The notes beneath the pieces are model-generated. The model saw nothing but the letters and a program-made list of their open reading frames with translations. It did not search any database and had not been told where the DNA came from. From positions 496,001 through 560,000 of the forward strand of contig CAXHJY010000860.1 in assembly GCA_964016885.1 (NCBI GenBank): 64,000 nt of DNA. Reading direction: 5' to 3'. The position numbers were made by a program, and so were the translations under genes. Origin of the DNA: Eledone cirrhosa. Its lineage: Eukaryota. Positions 54,272 through 64,000 of this stretch are shown here, piece by piece. The first letter of the stretch is position 1, and every line of letters begins with the position of its first letter.

Positions 54272-57270
54272 TGCACACCACACCACACCACACCACACCA
54301 CACCACACCACACCACCGCAACCACACCACTACATCACTACACCACACTACACTACACCACACCACACCACACCACACCACTACACCACCACAACCACAC
54401 CACCACACCACCTCAACCACACCACTACACCACACCACACCACACTACACTACACCACACCACACCACACCACTACACCACCACACCACACCACCGCAAC
54501 CACACCACTACACCACCACATCACTACACCACCACACCACCACACCACTACACCACACCACACCACTACATCACTACACCACCACACCACTACACCACAC
54601 CACACCACCACACCACTACACCACACCACACCACCACACCACTACACCACCACACCACTACACCACCACACCACACCACCACACCACCACACCACACCAC
54701 CACACCACACCACTACACCACCACACCACTACACCACCACACCACACCACCACACCACCACACCACACCACCACAACCACACCACCACCACACCACACCA
54801 CTACACCACCACACCACTACATCACTACACCACCACACCACTACACCACCACACCACACCACTACACCACCACACCACACCACTACACCACTACACCACC
54901 ACACCACACCACTACACCACCACACCACTATATCACTACACCACCACACCACTACACCACCACACCACCACCACACCACACCACTACACTACACCACCAC
55001 ACCACTACATCACTACACCACCACACCACTACATCACTACACCACCACACCACTACACCACCACTACACTACACCACTACACCACCACACCACTACATCA
55101 CTACACCACCACCACACCACTACACCACACCACCACACCACACCACACCACACCACACCACCACAGCCACACCACTACACCACCACACCACACCACTACA
55201 CCACACCACACCACCACACCACACCACCACACCACACCACACCACACCACCGCAGCCACACCACTACACCACCACACCACACCAATACACCACACCACAC
55301 CACCACACCACACCACACCACACCACCGCAGCCACACCACTACACCACCACACCACACCACCACACCACTACATCACTACACCACCACACCACTACATCA
55401 CTACACCACCACCACACCACACCACTACACCACACCACACCACCACACCACACCACACCACACCACCACAACCACATCACTACACCACCACACCACTACA
55501 CCACCACACCACCACCACACCACACTACACTATACCACACTACACCAGACTACACTACACCACACTACACTACACACCACACTACACCACACCATACTAA
55601 CCCACACCACACTACACCACACCACACTACACCACACCACACCACACCACACTACACCACACTACACCCCACCACACTAACCCACACTACACCACACCAC
55701 ACTAACCCACACTACACCACACCACACTACACCATACCACACTAACCCACACCACACTAACCCTCACCACACTACACCACACCACACTACACCACACTAC
55801 ACTATACCACACTACACCACACTACACTACACCACACCACACTACACTACACACCACACTACACCACACCATACTAACCCACACCACACTACACCACACC
55901 ACACTACACTACACACCACACTAGACCACACTATACCACACCATACTAACCCACACCACACTACGCCACACCACACCACACCACACTACACCACACTACA
56001 CCACACCACACTAACCCACACTACACCACACCACACTAACCCACACTACACCACACCACACTACACCATACCACACTAACCCACACCACACTAACCCTCA
56101 CCACACTACACCACACCACACTACACCACACTACACTATACCACACTACACCAGACTACACTACACCACACTACACTATACCACACTACACCACACACTA
56201 CACTACACCACACCACACACTACACTACACTACACCACACCACACTACACTACACCACACCACACTACACTACACTACACACCACACTATACTACACCAC
56301 ACCACACCACACTAACCCACACCTCACTACACCACTACACCACACTACACCAAACTACACCACACCACACTACACCACACCACACTACACCAAACTACAC
56401 TACACTACACTACACCACACTATACCACACCAAACTACACTACACCTCACTACACTACACCACACCACACTACACCTCACCACACTACACTACACCACAC
56501 CACACTACACTACACTACACACCACACCACAGCACACTACACTACACTACACCTCACTACACTACACCACACCACACTACACCACACCACACCACACTAC
56601 ACTACACCACACTACACTACACTACACTACACACCACACCACAGCACACTACACTACACTACACCTCACTACACTACACCACACCACACTACACCACACC
56701 ACACCACACTACACTACACCACACCACACTACACTACACTACACACCACACCACAGCACACTACACTACACTACACCTCACTACACTACACCACACCACA
56801 CTACACCACACCACACCACACTACACTACACCACACCACACTACACTACACTACACTACACACCACACCACAGCACACTACACTACACTACACCTCACTA
56901 CACTACACCACACCACACTACACCACACTACACTACACTACACCACACTACCCTACACCTAACTACACCACACCACACCTCACTACACTATACCACACTG
57001 CACCACACCACACTACACCTCACTACACTACACCACACCTCACTACACTACACCACACCTCACTACACTACACCCCACTACACTACACCACACGTGACTA
57101 CACTACACCACACTACACCACACCTCACTACACTATACCACACCTCACTACACTACACCACACCTCACTACACTACACCCCACTACACTACACCACACGT
57201 GACTACACTACACCACACTACACCACACCTCACTACACTATACCACATCACACTTCACTACACCACTACC
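54272..57270. repeat. (CACCA/CACTA)n pentamer satellite
   Basis: direct. Confidence 0.95.
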
Positions 57271-57349
57271 ACAACGACTAGTAGTTGTATTAGTGGTAGT
57301 AGTAGTGGTAGTAGTAGCAATGGTGGTAGTAGTAGTAATAGTTGGTGTT

Positions 57350-57381
<32 letters not shown>

Positions 57382-57434
57382 GTAACAGTAGTAGTAGTAG
57401 TTGTTATACTAGTAGTGGTGGTAGTACTACGATA

Positions 57435-57465
<31 letters not shown>

Positions 57466-58324
57466 ACACTAGTAGCAGTAGTAGTAGTAGTAGTGGTTAC
57501 AGTACTAGTTGGTAGTAGTATTAGTGGTGAATTTAGTATCCCCCGCGGGGTGGTGTTGAACGACACTCACCTCTGAAATTCTCTCCTTACACCCCCTCTA
57601 CCCTCGCACCCCCCTATCCCCCTCTCCACCCCCACTACCCCCCTCTCCACCCACTCCCCCTCTCCACCCCCTAGCCCCTCTCCCCCCTCTCCCCCATCCA
57701 CCCTCTCCAACCATCCACCCTCTCCACTCACCCCCCTCTTCACCCCCCTCTTCACCCCCCACCCTCCCACCACCCCTCCCCTCGCCACCCCTCCCCCCTC
57801 GCCACCCACCCACCCTCTCCACTCACCCACCCTCTCCACCCACTCCACAAATACTCTCCCCCCCACATAACACAACTCCCCCCACCACACCACCTGTCCT
57901 CCCCTCTGGTCAAAATAACACCGACCAAAATATGTCTCCTTGCCGCACGCCCCCTAAAAAATTTTTTTTTCGCTGAACGTTAATTAACATAATTAGGACT
58001 TGATTGGTTATAATTATAATAATCCCGTATGGCCAGTAATTATGGTCAGTGTCCGCAGGGATGGCTCGGTGGTTAAAGTGGTCAGCTTAGCAACATAGGG
58101 GCTGCGAGATTGACTCCCTCCCTCCCCTCCCACCCACCCCCACACACCTATCATTGTGTAGTGACAACTTGGCCATCAGGGTTAGGGGAAGGAGAGAAGT
58201 TTGATAGGGGTCAGTGCCTGGCTGCCTACTAAAGCCTAGCGTTGATGGTTGGGGAATGGTGTGTTAGTAAGTGAAATATTTTAGTAGACGGGAGCTGTGC
58301 TGAAGCCTAACGAATGTATATATA

Positions 58325-58740
58325 ATAATTGCTTCTACTTTTGGCACAAGGCCAGCAAATCCACCAGTGTATTACTGGTACTTTATTTTATCAACCCTGT
58401 AATAACTTTTTCTACTTTAGGCACAAGGCTAGCAATTACCCAGTGTATTACTGGTACTTTATTTTATCGACCCCGTAAGGATGAAAGGCAAAGTCAACCT
58501 CGGCGGGATTTGAACTCAGATCGAAAAGGGACGTAACTATGCTGGAAAGCATGGCGTCCGACCCTCTACCGATACTGCCAATCCACCGCCCTTTCACCAT
58601 AATAATTGTTTCTACTTTTGGCACAAGGCCAGCAATTACCCAGTACATTACTGGTACTTTATTTTATCGACCCCGTAAGGATGAAAGGCAAAGTTAACCT
58701 CGGCGGGATTTGAACTCAGACTGTAAAGGGAGGACGTAAC
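58325..58740 (-). mobile_element. OK-like SINE cluster
   Basis: consensus match. Confidence 0.9.
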
Positions 58741-58830
58741 CTTTCACCATAATAATAATACATGTTTAGATTCTTTCCTTAAACTTTAATCTGTTATTTT
58801 AATTAATATATATATATATATATATATCAT

Positions 58831-58881
58831 AGATTCCTGATGATTTCTAAAGAATGAAACAGTTCTAGTCCTGTAGAATCT
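58831..58881 (+). ncRNA. type I hammerhead ribozyme (family 2), element extends to 58965
   Basis: agattc 58831-36, CTGATGA 58837-43, GAAA 58856-59, cag/ctg stem III, GUA at 58873-75, gaatct 58876-81. Confidence 0.85.
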
Positions 58882-59084
58882 CATCTATATTAACACTTTT
58901 ATACTCTGCAATGTATTGAGTACCTTACTTACTGTGGTTACCTCCGATTCAACCAGGAATAACGTATATATATATATATATATAAGTGAAAACAATGAAA
59001 TATAAAAAATCAAGTCATTTATTTCATTGTTTTAACTTATATCATGACTCTGTTTTTCTTTTAATGTTTTATTGTTTTCCGGGA

Positions 59085-59200
59085 TTTATTTTATCGACCC
59101 CGTAAGGATGAAAGGCAAAGTCAACCTCGGCGGGATTTGAACTCAGATCGTAAAGGGACGTAACTATGCTGGAAAGCATGGCGTCCGACCCTCTACCGAT
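59085..59200 (-). mobile_element. OK-like SINE fragment
   Basis: consensus match. Confidence 0.85.
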
Positions 59201-59399
59201 CGTAAAATAATGAGTTTTATTATGAATTAAGAGTTTTGTGTTTAATTTCATTGTTTTAATATTTCTATTTTGATTCTGTATCCAATTGAATTATATCGTT
59301 GAAAGTGTTTGTATTTTAAACTTTGCTTCCCGACATCTTCATACGGATTACATTGAGTTCTTTATACCGTTTAGGCCCTACCATTGAGTGGTAGATTTA

Positions 59400-59436
<37 letters not shown>

Positions 59437-59558
59437 AAATATAAATATTAATAAAATAGATGTTCTTTTGATCAATTACATTTTATTATACATATTTCGG
59501 ATGTACCTTGATTAAATCTTAACCATTTAACATGTCAGGGTATGTCATGTATCATTAT

Positions 59559-59611
59559 ATTTTGTCTGATGAGGACGTACTGTTGTACTTCCGAAATATG
59601 TATAATAAAAT
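59559..59611 (+). ncRNA. type I hammerhead ribozyme (family 4) within inverted-arm element 59431-59760
   Basis: attttgt/ataaaat, CTGATGA 59566-72, gga-gtac/gtac-tcc, GAAA 59593-96, AUA. Confidence 0.8.
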
Positions 59612-59761
59612 GTAATTGATCAAAAGAACATCGATTTTATTAATATTTATATTTTAATATTAATAACTCCGGAAAATTATTAACCGTAGAGTGCTTCCAA
59701 TCTACTGTAAAACTCATTCTTTGATGTACTTATTGATTATTGTTTAACACTTTAATAATAA

Positions 59762-60127
59762 TATATATATATATATAAAGTTCTATATATATATATATAT
59801 AAAGTTCTATATATATATATATATAAAGTTCTATATATATATATATATAAAGTTCTATATATATATATATATAAAGTTCTATATATATATATATAAAGTT
59901 CTATATATATATATATATATAAAGTTCTATATATATATATAAAGTTCTATATATATATATAAAGTTCTATATATATATATAAATTTCTATATATATATAT
60001 AAAGTTCAATATATATATATAAAGTTCTATATATATATATAAAGTTCTATATATATATATAAAGTTCTATATATATATATAAAGTTCTATATATATATAT
60101 AAAGTTCTATATATATATATATAAAGT

Positions 60128-60159
<32 letters not shown>

Positions 60160-60168
60160 AAGTTCTAT
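59762..60168. repeat. ~20-bp repeat (TA)n-aagttc
   Basis: direct. Confidence 0.95.
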
Positions 60169-60362
60169 ACATTGAGTTCTTCATACGGATTGGACACTAC
60201 TGTATATTTTGGTAGATTTATCTACATATATATATAAGATGAGTTTTTCCCACATCTTTTTCCCACATCTTACGTTAACTATTTTTCCCATTTTGACGCT
60301 ATAGTCACTTATATACTATGGAATGCTGTTCGATTTTCGCTGCAGTGTTTTCTATACCTTTC

Positions 60363-60417
<55 letters not shown>

Positions 60418-60419
<2 letters not shown>

Positions 60420-60566
60420 GGAACGAGTAGGACCCCGATGCTGAGTTCAAGCCGTTTCGACGGCTAATTCTGGGTCCTACTCGTTCCTATTACCCACTCT
60501 ACTACCCTAAGTATTGAGTACTTTGGTGCGTTATGGTCCATCTGGTTCCTTACCACATTTCCTTCG

Positions 60567-60570
<4 letters not shown>
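60418..60570 (+). mobile_element. family-1 element
   Basis: tail identical to 32400-32485. Confidence 0.8.
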
Positions 60571-60617
<47 letters not shown>

Positions 60618-60619
<2 letters not shown>

Positions 60620-60715
60620 GGGTGTCCCCAATTAATGTATACACACTTCAACAACATTCTAATAAATATTGCTTGTACAGGTATTTCAAATTTTGTAGAA
60701 ACTATTTGGGACACC

Positions 60716-60718
<3 letters not shown>
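60618..60718. mobile_element. Tc1/mariner-type MITE
   Basis: TIRs CAGGGTGTCCC / GGGACACCCTG within (TA)n. Confidence 0.8.
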
Positions 60719-60777
<59 letters not shown>

Positions 60778-60910
60778 TATATAGGGAGTGTAACTTGGAG
60801 TTACTGTAGGTTCACCCGGGTGAGCACTCGACGTTTAAGTTAACTTCACCATAGGAACATCTGACTTTATCATGCGGCATGTATATTCATTTTTCAATTA
60901 ACATTACAAG

Positions 60911-61007
60911 GGGTCTGACGAGCCGCAGATTACAGAGTCGAGTCAGATCGATACAGATCGAACCAGATCGAACCTTGAGCTGATCAGTGGCGAAACGCGC
61001 GTCAGCA
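60911..61007 (+). ncRNA. hammerhead with long stem II insertion (family 8)
   Basis: CTGACGA 60915-21, gccgc/gtggc, GAAA-cgcgcg-T-C (palindrome ACGCGCGT); stem I weak. Confidence 0.55.
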
Positions 61008-61082
61008 ACCAATGAACGTAATGAAGGAGTAACCAATCGTCCATGTTATTTTATTTCACTATATATATATATATATATATAT

Positions 61083-61240
61083 AGGAAAAAGTATGACCCC
61101 GACTGCAGAGCTCAAGCCGTTTCGACGGATTGAGCTCTGCTGTCGGTGTCATACTTTTTCTTATTACCCACTCTACTACCCTAAGTATTGAGTACTCTGG
61201 TGTGTTATGGTCCACCTGGTTCCTTACCACATTTCCTTCG

Positions 61241-61243
<3 letters not shown>
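61083..61243 (+). mobile_element. family-1 element with fold-back
   Basis: aaaaagtatgaccccgac..gtcggtgtcatacttttt, followed by the tail. Confidence 0.75.
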
Positions 61244-61284
<41 letters not shown>

Positions 61285-61364
61285 TCTGGCTCTTTTACTC
61301 TTTTACCTGTTCCAGCCATCCGGCTGAGGCCATGCTGAGGCACTGCCCTTGTTGCTACACATTT

Positions 61365-61577
61365 TATCTCCAGCCTGTATTGGTTGGCCACTGGTGTAAG
61401 AGGGAGTTTGTTGCTGCTGCTCTTAGGTTTCCCTCGTGTCTTGCTGTGGGCTCATCCGGGATCCTGGATAGCAAGGTGTCAAGACATGCAGATCTCCAGA
61501 TCCCTCGGCAGCTTGTTGAAAAGTTGAGGGTCCTTGAATTCCAGGCTATTGCAGTATCTGCTCCTTATTCTAGATGT
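61365..61577 (-). mobile_element. CR1-group LINE 3' fragment
   Basis: SRIRSRYCNSLEFKDPQLFNKLPRDL. Confidence 0.6.
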
Positions 61578-61579
61578 AA

Positions 61580-62761
61580 ATATATATATATATATCATAT
61601 ATATATATATTATATAATATATATATATATATATTATATAATATATATATATATTATATATCATATATTTATATATCATATATATATATATTATATATCA
61701 TATATATATATATTATATATCATATATTTATATATCATATATATATATTATATATCATATATATATATATTATATATCATATATATTATATATCATATAT
61801 ATATATATTATATATCATATATATATTATATATCATATATATATACATTATATAATATATATATATTATATAATATATATATATATATTATATAATATAT
61901 ATATATATATTATATATCATATATATATATATTATATAATATATATATATATATATTATATATCATAAATATATATATTATATAATATATATATTATATA
62001 TTATATATATTATATATATATATATTATATATATATATTATATATATATATTATATATCATATATATATATATTATATAACATATATATTATATATCATA
62101 TATATATTATATATAATATATATATATATTATATATAATATATATATATAATATATATATATATATATTATATAATATATATATTATATATTATATATAT
62201 ATATTATATATTATATATATATATATTATATATCATATATATATATATTATATATAATATATATATATATTATATAATATATATATATATATTATATAAT
62301 ATATAATATATATATATTATATAATGTATATATATATGATATATAATATATATATATGATATATAATATATATATATATGATATATATATATATTATATA
62401 ATATATATATATATTATATATCATATATATATATATATCATATATATATATATATTATATATCATATATATATATATATATAATATATATATGATATATA
62501 TATATATTATATATAATATATAATATATATATATATATATATAATATATAATATATATTTATATAATATATATATATATATTATATATTATATAATATAT
62601 ATATATATATTATATATCATATATATATATATATTATATATCATATATATATTATATATCATATATATATAATATATAATATATATATATATATAATATA
62701 TATATATATTATATATTATATATATATATATATATATAATATATATATATATATATAATAT

Positions 62762-62814
<53 letters not shown>

Positions 62815-62900
62815 ATATATATATATATATATTATATATATATATATATTATATATATATATATTATATATATATATATATTATATATATATATATATAT

Positions 62901-62957
<57 letters not shown>

Positions 62958-63212
62958 ATATATATTATATATATATATATATATATTATATATAATATAT
63001 ATTATATATATATATATATTATATATTATATATATATGATATATAATATATATATATATTATATATTATATATATATGATATATAATATATATATTATAT
63101 ATAATATATATATATATAATATATATATATATAATATATATATATATATTATATATAATATATATATTATATATATATATATATATATTATATATAATAT
63201 ATATATATATAT

Positions 63213-63244
<32 letters not shown>

Positions 63245-63447
63245 ATATTATATATATATATATATATTATATATATATATATATATTATATATAATATAT
63301 ATATATATTATATATATATATATATTATATCATTATATATATATGATATATAATATATATATGATATATAATATATATATATATTATATATAATATATAT
63401 ATATATAATATATATATATATATTATATATAATATATATATATATAG
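61580..63447. repeat. (TA)n-rich low-complexity tract
   Basis: direct. Confidence 0.98.
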
Positions 63448-63638
63448 ATATTCGGTTTTCTTCGTCGCTATGCTCATTGTGGCCCGTCTATCGGTCGCTG
63501 TATTTGATTTGCAAAGCTGTCTAAACGTAATGTTATAACTCTAGCGTAATATTCCCTATTGAGTGCTTAGCTGCACACCGACATTGCATTCGTTAGCTTG
63601 GCAGCAACGAAAATCTTCGTTGATGCTGTCCTAAAATT

Positions 63639-63678
<40 letters not shown>

Positions 63679-63681
<3 letters not shown>

Positions 63682-63908
63682 TTATTAAAATAACCGATTA
63701 AAGTTTAAACAAAGAATCGCTGCTTTCACCCTTCACGGGATCTTCTGACTTTCAGAAGATCCCGTTAAGGGTGAAAGCAGCGATTCTTTGCTTAAACTTT
63801 AATTTGTTATTTTAATAAATATTTGCACTACGGTTCTTATATATCTGATATATATTTATCCTTATCGAGCCCTCTTTGGATTTTAGTCTTCAAATTTATT
63901 ATTATTAC

Positions 63909-63910
<2 letters not shown>
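63679..63910. mobile_element. family-7 element: palindrome with U4A hammerhead-like motif (63750-63798)
   Basis: arms ~63679-748 and ~63752-822; CAGAAGA 63753-59; flank matches 34910-34965 inverted. Confidence 0.75.
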
Positions 63911-63939
<29 letters not shown>

Positions 63940-64000
63940 GGATATATAGGAGATAGTCATAGTTTGCTTGAAGCATTGTATATGATATAGAAAAATATGA

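Noticed and set aside
57565-57590. Minus-strand donor GAG|GTGAGT
   Set aside because: Upstream sequence is G-rich low complexity with no credible exon

Overview
Extremely repeat-rich eukaryotic (animal) DNA with a 200-N scaffold gap near 49950-50149. The SINE repertoire (a Nin/Deu-domain OK-like SINE and a CORE-type OR-like SINE) and the (TA)n/(CA)n/(CAC)n density point to an octopod cephalopod (inference). No host protein-coding gene can be supported: almost every listed ORF is a microsatellite artefact, and the only real protein remnants are RTE and CR1/L2 LINE fragments. Two signals stand out. (1) About 8-9 mutually dissimilar families of short elements sit in (TA)n tracts and carry type I hammerhead ribozymes (HHR). 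About a dozen were folded by hand, with covarying stems and palindromic stem III. Many lie in fold-back (inverted) arrangements whose junctions fall inside the ribozyme, and all share a downstream (T/C)GAGTRCT box; this is consistent with Penelope-like pLTR/retrozyme derivatives, and one family has a fixed U4A core variant. (2) A four-copy paralogous module (acceptor, ~60-nt non-coding exon, GTAAG donor, conserved intronic GACCCCT..AGGGGTC hairpin) lies at 18.6-24.7 kb; its acceptor region has been amplified into a 114-bp TTAGGG-rich minisatellite. Several other minisatellites are visibly born from SINE or LINE pieces. All coordinates and folds were read by eye.
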